DNA from: an uncultured Flavipsychrobacter sp.
Lineage (GTDB): Bacteria > Bacteroidota > Bacteroidia > Chitinophagales > Chitinophagaceae
DNA: 54,975 nt
Assembly (NCBI GenBank): GCA_964478855.1
Contig: CAYZKL010000003.1
Coordinates: 19,686 to 74,660 of the forward strand
Direction: 5' to 3'
Part shown: piece by piece, positions 1-9,017 of the stretch
Layout: each line of letters opens with the position of its first letter
How positions within the stretch are numbered: the stretch's first letter is position 1
Made by a program: the position numbers and the translations under genes
Notes under the pieces: model-generated
The model's database searches: none
Told to the model about the DNA's origin: nothing
What the model saw: only the letters and a program-made list of their open reading frames with translations

Positions 1-488
1 AAATTGTACACCTTTGGTTTGCCGAGCGATCCTGAATAACGGATGTACCTGCGAACGGGTTCGGGGAGGTCTTGTATATCTGCCTCCGTGAGGTCGGCAT
101 GAATATCACTTTGGTGCTTTATGTTCTGTACCACGTCCCGCTTGTACCGGGCAGCGTAGTTCCATGTGGCGTAGCCGGTGATGCAGGCCAGCAGCATGAT
201 AACATTGGCGATGGTGCCCCAACTGGCATCGGTCCAACTGGTGAATACCAGGTACTGGGAAATGAGTATGCCGGTAAAGCAATACATCCACCACTGCTCC
301 TTACCAAAGAAGTAAAGAACAGATGAGAGCGCAAACAGCAATGTAGCTACCAGCCAGAGTGAGCCATTGACAGGAGTTATATCCTGCTTCAGCAGCTGAG
401 CGAATGGACCGAGATTGAACGCCTTAACAAAGCCTAACAGGTGCACGAGCCCGTGCAATAAAATAACTACAGCTAGTACCGGCCTCAT
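1..488 (-). CDS. DUF6544-like membrane-anchored protein, 3' end runs off the window
   Basis: Hand translation from ATG at 488: MRPVLAVVILLHGLVHLLGFVKAF...LTEADIQDLPEPVRRYIRYSGSLGKPKVYNF. N-terminal TM helices followed by an LPEPVRRY motif. Not in the ORF track because it is truncated. Confidence 0.7.
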   Translation of the reverse strand, partial: MRPVLAVVILLHGLVHLLGFVKAFNLGPFAQLLKQDITPVNGSLWLVATLLFALSSVLYFFGKEQWWMYCFTGILISQYLVFTSWTDASWGTIANVIMLLACITGYATWNYAARYKRDVVQNIKHQSDIHADLTEADIQDLPEPVRRYIRYSGSLGKPKVYN

Positions 489-584
489 GCGGAAAAATTT
501 ATAGTGATATTCATTATGCAATGAAACGACTATAATTGCCCGCAGGAAATGACAACGGTTAAAGAAAGGGATGATACTGGTCAG

Positions 585-995
585 CTATTGGGCCAAAGGC
601 ACCATGCAGCGCACGTCTTTATCGCTGAGGTACCACTCCAGGCAGTAGCCATTGGCAAGGTCTATACCCGGGTATGCCAGCAACTGCTGAAACGCATTGC
701 CGATGCCTTGCAAATCCTTCATGTAATCGGTGATGATGATGCTGATGTATTCGCCCTGTGCTATGGTAAAGCGTTCGATGCCTTCCACTGCTTCGGCCGA
801 TGATAGTTCTTCGGCAGCAGCTTTGTAGATGATGCTTCCACCACCTTCGGGACGGGAAAGGCCGAAATACCTGCGGTCTTTAGAGAACGGTATCATAGCA
901 TGCAGTTGCTTGTGTGCCGCCATGATACCGGCAGGAAATGATGATGCAGTAACACACAGCACATGAATATCGCCGGTTAAAGTATACTTTTCCAT
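585..995 (-). CDS. GyrI-like small-molecule-binding domain protein
   Basis: 136 aa; SFPAGI..AH..L, YFGLS, GEYIS, CLEWY pattern; last gene of the VOC/SRPBCC operon. Confidence 0.65.
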   Translation of the reverse strand: MEKYTLTGDIHVLCVTASSFPAGIMAAHKQLHAMIPFSKDRRYFGLSRPEGGGSIIYKAAAEELSSAEAVEGIERFTIAQGEYISIIITDYMKDLQGIGNAFQQLLAYPGIDLANGYCLEWYLSDKDVRCMVPLAQ

Positions 996-1002
996 AATTC
1001 TG

Positions 1003-1218
1003 TTATTTAGCGGTGGGATCTATACCATCTTTAAACACCTTGTATATTGCCATAGCATGGCCATGACCTAATTCGAAATCTTCTTTGAGCCATGCAACGA
1101 TCTCGCCAGCCTTTACGCCGGGTTTCAGCAGGCCTTTCTTTTCTGCCAGTTTCTTAAAATCAGCAGGTGTCTTACCTGTTTTGGCTTTTATGTTATTGAT
1201 GTACGCTTCGAAAGACAT
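1003..1218 (-). CDS. DUF4287 family protein
   Basis: MSFEAYINNIKAKTGKT...WLKEDFELGHGHAMAI motif. Confidence 0.85.
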   Translation of the reverse strand: MSFEAYINNIKAKTGKTPADFKKLAEKKGLLKPGVKAGEIVAWLKEDFELGHGHAMAIYKVFKDGIDPTAK

Positions 1219-1220
1219 GG

Positions 1221-1760
1221 TTATTTTTTTTCGAGGATATTTTTAAGATTGTTCAGGCTGATCTCCAGGTCTTTGCCCAGGACCTTTTCAAGACCGAATA
1301 ATACCAGCATGATATTCATAGGATACTTCATGCTGCTGTTCATGCCCCAGTGTACATTGGTCTGCTGAGCAGAGATTGACCTGAGCGTAACGGGAGTGCG
1401 TGCGGTAGCCGGCATCGGCTTTTCGAAACGTACTTCCACATCCACCAGTTCGCTATCCATCAGTTTTACTATCTCCTGCTCGCCTTTGCCTGCCTGGCTA
1501 TTACCATCCCATGCATATACAAAACCGACCTGGCCATCTGTACCCCTGAATGAAACTTTCTTGCCCGGATCAGTCATCACCCATTTGCTGTAATGGTCCT
1601 GGTTCTTCATAAACCTGACATATTCATACACCTCGGCAACAGGGCGGTTGATGACAATCTCACGGAATACGGAGTATTGTTTTTTTGTAAAGAGCGCAAT
1701 TATCAGCAGTAAGCCTATAATGGCTCCAAGTCCTATCAGTATATTTATCAGGATACCCAT
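1221..1760 (-). CDS. SRPBCC/polyketide cyclase-like protein with N-terminal membrane anchor
   Basis: TM helix, then REIVINRP..EVYEY, GTDGQVGFVYAWDGN..AGKGEQEI. Confidence 0.85.
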   Translation of the reverse strand: MGILINILIGLGAIIGLLLIIALFTKKQYSVFREIVINRPVAEVYEYVRFMKNQDHYSKWVMTDPGKKVSFRGTDGQVGFVYAWDGNSQAGKGEQEIVKLMDSELVDVEVRFEKPMPATARTPVTLRSISAQQTNVHWGMNSSMKYPMNIMLVLFGLEKVLGKDLEISLNNLKNILEKK

Positions 1761-1788
1761 GTTGTATATTTTTAAAAGTGAAGATAAA

Positions 1789-2214
1789 TTATTGAGCGTA
1801 AGTATAGTTGATCATCCATAATACACCATACCTGTCTTTGCACATACCGAAGTATGCGCCCCAGAATGTTTTATTGAGCGGCATTTCTATAGTACCACCT
1901 TCGGACAGTGAATTAAACAGTTTATCTGCCTCGGTCTCGCTTTCTGCCTGTATGCAGATATGGTAGTTATTGCCAAAATTAAGTTGCTGGCCCATAGACT
2001 CCAGTGCATCGGTGGCCATGATGGTTACCCCATTGGGTATGACCAAAGAAATGTGCATGAACTTTTCCTGGTCCTCTGCAGACATTTTCTCCCCACCGGG
2101 TACACTTTTAAATCTTTCGTAGATGGTAAACTCGCCACCAAAAACCGACTTATAAAAGTTCATTGCATCGCCTGTATTACCCATAAAATTGAGGTACGGG
2201 TCCATCTTTATCAT
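1789..2214 (-). CDS. VOC family (PhnB-like) protein
   Basis: PYLNF.GN..AM.FY.SVFGG; FWGAYFGMCKDRYGVLWMI. Confidence 0.9.
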   Translation of the reverse strand: MIKMDPYLNFMGNTGDAMNFYKSVFGGEFTIYERFKSVPGGEKMSAEDQEKFMHISLVIPNGVTIMATDALESMGQQLNFGNNYHICIQAESETEADKLFNSLSEGGTIEMPLNKTFWGAYFGMCKDRYGVLWMINYTYAQ

Positions 2215-2236
2215 TGGTTCATCGTTTATTGAGCAA

Positions 2237-2304
2237 CAAATGTATATAAGAAAGGCACATCCCTAACTATGTAAATGCGACATTATCAAGGGGCGATCAC
2301 GACA
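2237..2304 (-). promoter_or_regulatory. Putative AraC-activated leftward promoter (CGACA direct repeat plus -7 TACATTTG)
   Basis: CGACA at 2278-2282 and 2300-2304; -7 motif on the minus strand at 2237-2244. The same arrangement recurs at 8929-8996. Confidence 0.6.
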
Positions 2305-2327
2305 AAATGTTTATTTAGATTTGCCAC

Positions 2328-3311
2328 ATGGTTCATGTATCCATCTTAGCCTTAAAAAACGCAGTATTGGCATCTATCGCTGATGCTCGGTATGTGTTTA
2401 CAATGGTGAATGAGTTTATGCGGCAGGCAGGTAAAGAGCCATTGTTTGAAGTACAGGTAGTGGGTATGTACAAAAAGACAGAACTGGAGCAGGGGTTATT
2501 TACTATGGTGCCGGACGAGCTGACCGATAATATAGAACACACCAACCTGATCATCATACCATCAATGACGGGTAATATGATCAGCTCTACCCACCTGAAT
2601 AAAGACTATGTGCTATGGATAGGTCGACAATATAAGAACGGTGCTGAAGTAGCCAGCCTGTGTACCGGGGCATTTCTGCTGGCATTCTCCGGACTGCTGA
2701 AGGATAAGCAATGCACCACGCACTGGCTGTATGCAAAAGAACTGCGATACTTCTACCCTTCGGTAAAAGTAGTGGATGATAAAGTGATCACTGATCAGCA
2801 GGGGCTATATACCAGCGGTGGGAATAATGCCTACTGGAACCTGCTGCTGCACCTGGTAGAAAAATATACCGACAGGGAAACTGCGATACTCACCGCCAAG
2901 TACTTTGTAATAGACCTGGGGCGCAGTGTGCAGTCGCCGTTCATCATCTTTCACGGGCTTAAAGACCATGAAGATGAAGCAGTGCTGAATGCGCAGGAAT
3001 ATATAGAACACAACTACCCCGACAAACTGACCGTGGACGAGCTGGCTGAACGGCTGAATATTACCAGGAGGACATTTGAACGGAGATTTAAAAAAGCTAC
3101 ACGGCATACAGTAGTAGAATACATTCAGCTGGTACGAACAGAAGCCGCAAAAAAACAACTGGAAACGGGTAGAAAAACCATTAATGAGGTGATGTATGAT
3201 GTGGGCTATACGGATATCAAATCCTTCAGGGATGTGTTTAAAAAGATAGCTGGCATGTCGCCGGTGGAATACAGGAACAGGTATAATAAAGAATCGCAGC
3301 CCAACCGGTGA
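2328..3311 (+). CDS. GlxA-family transcriptional regulator (DJ-1/PfpI plus AraC HTH)
   Basis: SLCTGAFLLA, TTHW, RTFERRFKKAT, VGY.D..SFR..FKK..G.SP.EYR. Confidence 0.95.
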   Translation: MVHVSILALKNAVLASIADARYVFTMVNEFMRQAGKEPLFEVQVVGMYKKTELEQGLFTMVPDELTDNIEHTNLIIIPSMTGNMISSTHLNKDYVLWIGRQYKNGAEVASLCTGAFLLAFSGLLKDKQCTTHWLYAKELRYFYPSVKVVDDKVITDQQGLYTSGGNNAYWNLLLHLVEKYTDRETAILTAKYFVIDLGRSVQSPFIIFHGLKDHEDEAVLNAQEYIEHNYPDKLTVDELAERLNITRRTFERRFKKATRHTVVEYIQLVRTEAAKKQLETGRKTINEVMYDVGYTDIKSFRDVFKKIAGMSPVEYRNRYNKESQPNR

Positions 3312-3384
3312 TATGACCATGGTCATTGCTTGTCATACCAACACTATTTATCTTTGTGCTCTAAACCATTCTTAATTGATAGTT

Positions 3385-3855
3385 ATGAAAACAAACACCG
3401 GATTAAGTGAAAAGAACACAAAGGCAGTAGCCACCCAACTGGGTAAGTTGCTGGCAGATGAGTACCTGCTGTACACCAAAACACGCAACGCACACTGGAA
3501 CGTAGAGGGGCCAGACTTCTATGCAATGCACAAGTATTTTGAAGCACAGTATGAAGAAATTGATGAATCAATAGACAGCATTGCCGAGCGTATCAGGTCA
3601 ATAGGCCACTACGCACCTGCAACATTAAAAGAGTTCCTGCAACTGACGCACCTATCGGAAAAAAGAGGATCGAAGAATGATAGTGCAAGTTATATAAAAG
3701 ACCTGCTTGCAGACCATGAGCAGATCATCAGTTTTATAAGGGAAAATATAAACCCGATAGCCAATGACCATAACGATGCAGGTACAAGTGACTTCCTGAC
3801 CGGACTTATGGAACAGCATGAAAAGATGAGCTGGATGCTGCGCTCTCATTTATAA
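3385..3855 (+). CDS. dps: Dps ferritin-like DNA-protection protein
   Basis: LYTKTRNAHWNVEG..F..MH..FE.QY, D.IAERIR, HEKMSWML; TATCTTTG -7 motif at 3349-3356. Confidence 0.95.
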   Translation: MKTNTGLSEKNTKAVATQLGKLLADEYLLYTKTRNAHWNVEGPDFYAMHKYFEAQYEEIDESIDSIAERIRSIGHYAPATLKEFLQLTHLSEKRGSKNDSASYIKDLLADHEQIISFIRENINPIANDHNDAGTSDFLTGLMEQHEKMSWMLRSHL

Positions 3856-3869
3856 AAAACAATACAAAA

Positions 3870-3906
3870 AATAATAGCCGTGGATGTTCTATCCACGGCT
3901 ATTATT
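3870..3906. terminator. Bidirectional intrinsic terminator
   Basis: AATAATAGCCGTGGAT-gttct-ATCCACGGCTATTATT between convergent genes. Confidence 0.85.
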
Positions 3907-3920
3907 ATAATTATATCATC

Positions 3921-4355
3921 TTATACTTGCAATGCCGCAATGCGATCCAGGCCACGTTTGAGAGCGTCTTTTGTCATATTGCCGAGTTTGTCATCAGGCA
4001 AAAGTGACACCTTCTCTGCACCCAGCAAATAATACTTCTTTGCATCCTCATACTCTCCCATATCTTCATATGACTTACCGACATTCAGATATAGGGAAGG
4101 GTAAAAAGCTGCGATAAGATCATCAGTAACCTGATCTGCATGAAACAATGCAGTTTTATTCCAATGCAATGCCTGAGCAACATCACTCTGCACCCGGGCC
4201 ACATAATGGGCTGCGATACAGGATTCATTATCATTGGTGCGGCTGTCCCATGCCTGCATATACAGATCAGAGGCATCAGTTACTTTGCCGTGCATCTCTG
4301 CCTGCACACCCTGTGCGCATAATTTCACTACGGGATTATTCGGATCAATACTCAT
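3921..4355 (-). CDS. TPR-like conserved hypothetical protein
   Basis: DPNNPVVKLCAQG, CIAAHYVAR, YPSLYLNVGKSYE; helical-repeat pattern. Confidence 0.7.
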   Translation of the reverse strand: MSIDPNNPVVKLCAQGVQAEMHGKVTDASDLYMQAWDSRTNDNESCIAAHYVARVQSDVAQALHWNKTALFHADQVTDDLIAAFYPSLYLNVGKSYEDMGEYEDAKKYYLLGAEKVSLLPDDKLGNMTKDALKRGLDRIAALQV

Positions 4356-4388
4356 TTCTCAAAGATAGAAATTATAAACCGTGCCTTA

Positions 4389-4925
4389 TCAAGCCATTAA
4401 TGCCTTAGTCTTAAAAATCGGATCAGGATTCTTTAATGCCTGGTAGTCTGCCAGACTTTTTGCAAAGGTGGTCCATAATACAAGCGGCAAAAAGTTGAGT
4501 GCATTCTTCTTATCATTCCTTAAACTAATAAGCATACTTGCTACGGCAAAAATATTGTCAGACATGGTCCATATAGCTGCGAGGATCGGGCTTTTCTTAC
4601 GGAAATACACATAGTTGAACGTAAAGAATACAAGCCATATCCCTGCCTGCAATAACAACAATTTCCTCTTGTCAGGAATGTCTTTTGCCAGTATGCGCTG
4701 TAATGCTCTTACGAGAAAGAAATTATTGACCGCCCATGCCGGGCCAAAAACTGCAGGTGGCGGAGCCCACGGCGCCTGCTTCAATTTGGTATCATATAGT
4801 TTCCGTTGTTCTTTTTTGGGGCGCAAAGCAGATAAACTGCTTAACGCAGTTGCTGCCACTGAGATCAATGCCACCTGCCACCATTTGAGCCTCGCTGCTT
4901 TTGCGGCTATATCCTGTACTGTCAT
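4389..4925 (-). CDS. tspO: TspO/MBR family tryptophan-rich sensory protein
   Basis: LKQAPWAPP..VFGPAW, P.VLWTTFA; multi-TM. Confidence 0.85.
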   Translation of the reverse strand: MTVQDIAAKAARLKWWQVALISVAATALSSLSALRPKKEQRKLYDTKLKQAPWAPPPAVFGPAWAVNNFFLVRALQRILAKDIPDKRKLLLLQAGIWLVFFTFNYVYFRKKSPILAAIWTMSDNIFAVASMLISLRNDKKNALNFLPLVLWTTFAKSLADYQALKNPDPIFKTKALMA

Positions 4926-4971
4926 AGCTTTTTTTATGTGAACAGCTAAAAAACAGTGCCAGAGGGCTATG

Positions 4972-6393
4972 TTATACCTCTATGCTTTTCCATTTTCCCC
5001 TGCGGAACAGGATGAATACTGTGATGGACATCAACGTCTCGGCAACAGGTACCGCAACGAGAATACCTGAGATCCCCATAGCGGTATATTTATGCAACAG
5101 GTATGCGAAAGGCACCTGGAATATCCAGAACCCGAAAAAATATACCCATGTAGGTGTGCGGGTGTCGCCGGCACCATTAAACGCCTGCGTGATGACCATA
5201 CCTAGACCATAAAATATGTAGCCGGAACTGAGGAGCTGCAATGAAAGCACCGCATACTTTATCTGCTCTACCTGTGCAGGCGTAATAAATATGGCCACTA
5301 ACGTATATGTAAAGAAGATGAAAACGACAGTAACTATTGCCATAAATATAGCATTGTAGCGTGCGGTGATCTTTACACTTTCTTCCGCACGTTCGGGGAG
5401 TTTAGCACCGAGGTTCTGCCCTACCAGTGTGGCAACGGCATTGCTCATACCCCAGGCCGGCAAGATAAAGAATACCACCAGCCTGATAGCGGTCTGATAG
5501 CCCGCAGATGCAGCACTACCGTATTCTGCCACCATGGAAGCAAGGAATATCCAGCTTGCAGAAGCAATGATGAACTGGAAAGTGGCAGGTGATGCTATGC
5601 CTAACAACCCCTTGATCACCTTTACATCGGGCCGGAAATGGTGGAGTTTCATTTTGAGTGCACCTGATGAGCGCCACAGATGATATACCTGGTAGAGCAC
5701 GCCAATAGTGCGGCCGGTAGTGGTAGCGATAGCGGCACCCTTGACCCCGAACTCGGGGAAGAAGCCAATGCCGAATATGAGGAGCGGATCGAGCAGGATA
5801 TTGAAGATATTGCCTATCCACAAACTCTTCATGGCAATGGAGGCATTACCTGCACCACGGAAGATACCATTGATGAGGAACAGTAGGATAATGACCGCAT
5901 TGCCTGCCAGCATGATACGGGCATAGTCTAAACCCTCTGCAATAGCGGCGGGCTCAGCGCCCATGAGCCGCAAAATATCATCAGCGAAAATGAAACCGGG
6001 AACACCCAATACCAATGATGCCAGTAATGCCAATATAATGGACTGCGCACCTGCATGTGCAGCAGCCTCATTGTTCTTCTCGCCGACACGGCGCGCTACC
6101 ATGGCAGTGGCAGCAGCACTAAGCCCGATGCCCACAGAATAGACTATAGTAATAACAGACTCCGTAAGGCCAACAATAGAAACGGCATGCACACCGATCC
6201 TGTTGACAAAATAAATATCGACTACGGCGAATACCGATTCTAATGCAAGTTCCAGCATCATAGGTATAGCGAGCAGAATAACTGCCTTGCGCAGATCGAT
6301 AGTAGTAAAGTCCTGTTCATCGCCACGGATAGCGGAGCTGATTACCCGGTAATAGCGTGCGAATTTGCCTTCGGCTATAACGTCATTCTTCAT
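4972..6393 (-). CDS. MATE family efflux transporter
   Basis: LAIPMMLE, NILLDPLLIFG, GVKGAAIAT, LVGQNLGA, GAGDTRTP. Confidence 0.95.
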   Translation of the reverse strand: MKNDVIAEGKFARYYRVISSAIRGDEQDFTTIDLRKAVILLAIPMMLELALESVFAVVDIYFVNRIGVHAVSIVGLTESVITIVYSVGIGLSAAATAMVARRVGEKNNEAAAHAGAQSIILALLASLVLGVPGFIFADDILRLMGAEPAAIAEGLDYARIMLAGNAVIILLFLINGIFRGAGNASIAMKSLWIGNIFNILLDPLLIFGIGFFPEFGVKGAAIATTTGRTIGVLYQVYHLWRSSGALKMKLHHFRPDVKVIKGLLGIASPATFQFIIASASWIFLASMVAEYGSAASAGYQTAIRLVVFFILPAWGMSNAVATLVGQNLGAKLPERAEESVKITARYNAIFMAIVTVVFIFFTYTLVAIFITPAQVEQIKYAVLSLQLLSSGYIFYGLGMVITQAFNGAGDTRTPTWVYFFGFWIFQVPFAYLLHKYTAMGISGILVAVPVAETLMSITVFILFRRGKWKSIEV

Positions 6394-6415
6394 TGGTATT
6401 ATTTAAAACAAGTAA

Positions 6416-6441
6416 GGTTCGGCTGTAATATAAGCCGAACC
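6416..6441 (-). terminator. Hairpin between doxX and the MATE gene
   Basis: GGTTCGGCT-gtaatata-AGCCGAACC. Confidence 0.5.
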
Positions 6442-6469
6442 GTTTAATTTTTACCCGCAGGATGGTTAG

Positions 6470-6853
6470 CTATTCTTTATCAATACCCCACTTTACCGCA
6501 CCACGGCATGCAATGTAGAGGAACAGGAAGCAATATAGTGCAGCAAGTTCTCCCTTATTGACAGCAGGGAAGAAACTGGCGCCGAACTGTAACTGCCAGT
6601 GAAACTGTATATAGGCAACCGCCATAGTGCCGCTGGCCAGGAAAGCAGCCCAGCGTGTGAGTAGCCCGATTACGATCATGATACCACAAACCAGTTCTAT
6701 AAGCCCTCCGATCCATATTTGTGAACCTACGGGAGGCTGATGGTCTGTAAGAATACCGAATATCTTTTGCACACCATGAAAGGTGAACATAAGACCGGCC
6801 ATGATGCGTAATATGGCATAAACACTGTTGCTATATTGACTGAGCTGTTTCAT
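6470..6853 (-). CDS. DoxX family membrane protein
   Basis: LRIMAGLMF.FHG.QK.FG, GLLTRWAAFLASG.MAVAY, N.GELAALY. Confidence 0.9.
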   Translation of the reverse strand: MKQLSQYSNSVYAILRIMAGLMFTFHGVQKIFGILTDHQPPVGSQIWIGGLIELVCGIMIVIGLLTRWAAFLASGTMAVAYIQFHWQLQFGASFFPAVNKGELAALYCFLFLYIACRGAVKWGIDKE

Positions 6854-6920
6854 ATACTATAGTTTTCATTAATTGAGTAAAAACTATACCACAAAACATG
6901 CTCTGCAGAAAACAGTTGCA

Positions 6921-7130
6921 TTATTCCATTACCGAGCAATCAAAACCATGCTGATTAACAAGGTCCACGACTTTGCCGCAATGAATGTTATCTCCTTCAA
7001 TCCGAAGCACTCTGTCACAGTCATCGAGGTCGAAATTGATGCGGCTGCCGGGGAAGTGCCTTAGCAATACCCCGGCCAGCTCATCAGCATGACCATTGTG
7101 ATCGACATTTGTGATAAAGACCTCTATCAT
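6921..7130 (-). CDS. Small ferredoxin-fold/HMA-like hypothetical protein
   Basis: MIEVFITNV...INFDLDDCDRVLRIEG; start placed at ATG 7130, just after the previous stop. Confidence 0.7.
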   Translation of the reverse strand: MIEVFITNVDHNGHADELAGVLLRHFPGSRINFDLDDCDRVLRIEGDNIHCGKVVDLVNQHGFDCSVME

Positions 7131-7137
7131 ACAAGTA

Positions 7138-7515
7138 TTATGCAGCAGCCAATGCTTTTTGCCTTTTATGAAACCATATATACGAAACAACACCCGGCAA
7201 TATCCATAAAAGCATGAAGGTCATCATAGGATCAAAACCGGCGACCGCCACATTGGAGTAAATAGCACCGATAAGATCGAACGCAAGACCCGCATAAGCC
7301 CATTCCTTAATCCGCGGGAAACCTGGGATCAACAGAGCAATGGAACCAAGCACCTTAGCTATACCGATGAAACGAACGAAATATACAGGGTATCCCAGTT
7401 GTGCCATAAAGGCAACAGCGTCAGGCTGTAACACCACATCGCCAATTGCTGAAAAAATCATTAATCCTGCAAATACGATCGTTGCTATCCAGTAAATCAC
7501 GTTGATCTTTTTCAT
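7138..7515 (-). CDS. DoxX-like family membrane protein
   Basis: IYWIAT, LGYPVYF, RIKEWAYAG. Confidence 0.9.
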   Translation of the reverse strand: MKKINVIYWIATIVFAGLMIFSAIGDVVLQPDAVAFMAQLGYPVYFVRFIGIAKVLGSIALLIPGFPRIKEWAYAGLAFDLIGAIYSNVAVAGFDPMMTFMLLWILPGVVSYIWFHKRQKALAAA

Positions 7516-7534
7516 AACAGGTTGTTTTTATTGT

Positions 7535-8449
7535 TTAGGAATTTGGTGTGTTTTCTAAATAGTTCTTTAATGACCTACCGATTATATCATTCCATCCTGC
7601 CACAAAACTCTTCTTCGCAAAATCAGGATTACTTGCAGGGAAGGTATGCAGGCCAGCATGAGTGAGCATCAGCCTTGTCTTATCTCCTTCGGGAAACAAT
7701 TCAAACGTAACAAATGAATTACCCTCATACCCTTCGTAACGCCAGCTGTAGGTCAGCTTGTTGCCCGGTACCACTTCAGTAACCTTGCACTTATGCAGAT
7801 ACACATTCTCCTCATCCGAACATCCGCTGAACTCGAACTCAAAACCTACTTCTGCCCTGAACTCTGCCAGGTCGAAGTACCATTGCTTCATCTCGTTCTT
7901 ATCAGTAATCGCATTCCATACCTTATCCGCAGTGGCATTATATGTACGCTCCATTACAAAATCATTTTCACCAGACATTGCCGCAAGGTGATTTTCAAAG
8001 CGGTTGAACGTTTGAATAGCCCCTTCTATAGCACCCACTTCCTCCACTATCCGATCGCGCTCGGCAGCTGTATCAAATATAGTGCGCATGGTCAGTTTTG
8101 TTTTATCTCCTTGTGCCTCGAATGTTACCGTAACATTAAATATCAACGGATCGTTTTCATCATCAGAGCCGTGTGTATATACTAAGCGTTCAGGCTCTAT
8201 CACTTCGCTAAACACGATCTTATTAGGGTAGTCGATACCATCTGGACCGTGCATCATAAACCGCCATACACCGCCGGGCTTTACCTCCATTTCGTAAATG
8301 GTGTTGGTAAAGCCATTCGGCCCCCACCATTCGGCGACATGCTCAGGGTCGGTCCATACTTTGAATACCAGTTCTCTTGGCACATTCAGTAGTCTTGTTG
8401 TCACGATCTCGCGATCAGCAGTATTGTTCGGGTCATTTATCTTTTCCAT
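7535..8449 (-). CDS. Tandem SRPBCC (AHSA1-like) domain protein
   Basis: Two AHSA1 domains: PRELVFKVWTDP..WWGP and ADKVWNAITD..MKQWYF. Confidence 0.9.
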   Translation of the reverse strand: MEKINDPNNTADREIVTTRLLNVPRELVFKVWTDPEHVAEWWGPNGFTNTIYEMEVKPGGVWRFMMHGPDGIDYPNKIVFSEVIEPERLVYTHGSDDENDPLIFNVTVTFEAQGDKTKLTMRTIFDTAAERDRIVEEVGAIEGAIQTFNRFENHLAAMSGENDFVMERTYNATADKVWNAITDKNEMKQWYFDLAEFRAEVGFEFEFSGCSDEENVYLHKCKVTEVVPGNKLTYSWRYEGYEGNSFVTFELFPEGDKTRLMLTHAGLHTFPASNPDFAKKSFVAGWNDIIGRSLKNYLENTPNS

Positions 8450-8789
8450 GTTTTTTCTTTTTAGGTTTTATTTCAGAATCAGTTTGCAATTTGTTCAGGT
8501 AAAGTTCCAAAGCATCCAACCTTTGTTCCCAGAACTGCTTGTATTGGGCCACCCAATCAGATACATCGCCGAGGCGTGCCAGTTTAGCTTCGCAATAACG
8601 TTCCCTGCCCTGCTGCTTCACATCTATCAGCCCGCACTCCGTAAGTATCTTGATGTGCTTATAGATAGCAGCACGGCTCACATCAAAATGCTCTGTCACC
8701 GAATTAATGTTGAGCGACTTGTGTGCCAGCATATTGATGATCTCTCTGCGTGTAGGGTCTGCGATAGCCTGGAATACATCTCTCCTCAT
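8433..8789 (-). CDS. ArsR/SmtB family transcriptional repressor
   Basis: DVFQAIADPTRREI, SRAAIYKHIKIL.ECGL, GRERYC. Confidence 0.95.
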   Translation of the reverse strand: MRRDVFQAIADPTRREIINMLAHKSLNINSVTEHFDVSRAAIYKHIKILTECGLIDVKQQGRERYCEAKLARLGDVSDWVAQYKQFWEQRLDALELYLNKLQTDSEIKPKKKKHGKDK

Positions 8790-8793
8790 AATA

Positions 8794-8837
8794 TGAAACC
8801 TTTAGGTTGCAAATATAAATGCAACCTTTTGGTTTCA
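8794..8837. promoter_or_regulatory. Double inverted-repeat ArsR operator overlapping a -7 promoter element
   Basis: TGAAACCtttaGGTTGCA (8794-8811) and TGCAACCttttGGTTTCA (8820-8837); minus-strand TATATTTG at 8810-8817. Confidence 0.75.
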
Positions 8838-8928
8838 CAAAATAAACCTGAACATTTTTTTCAAAGAACTTCATCAACCAGATAAAACCTAGAAGAAACA
8901 GCTGTACTAACCCGTATAAATTACACAG

Positions 8929-8996
8929 CAAAAGTATGTCGGGACAGGCATCTTTAAGCCGTGTAAAAACGACAATCTGAGTGGGCGAATGCGACT
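8929..8996 (-). promoter_or_regulatory. Second copy of the putative AraC-activated leftward promoter
   Basis: CGACA 8970-8974 and CGACT 8992-8996; minus-strand TACTTTTG at 8929-8936; spacing identical to 2237-2304. Confidence 0.6.
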
Positions 8997-9017
8997 TATT
9001 TCATTAACTTTGGTTTT

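Noticed and set aside
3313-3326. Palindrome ATGACCATGGTCAT upstream of dps as a Crp/Fnr-like site
   Set aside because: It is a single short occurrence with no supporting copy, so it could be chance.
3921-4355. Calling this an rRNA methyltransferase, a label I recall being attached to similar proteins
   Set aside because: There is no SAM-binding motif; the sequence looks like TPR helices.
8704-8931. 75-aa minus-strand ORF upstream of arsR
   Set aside because: It runs through the operator and overlaps arsR out of frame, so it is probably spurious.
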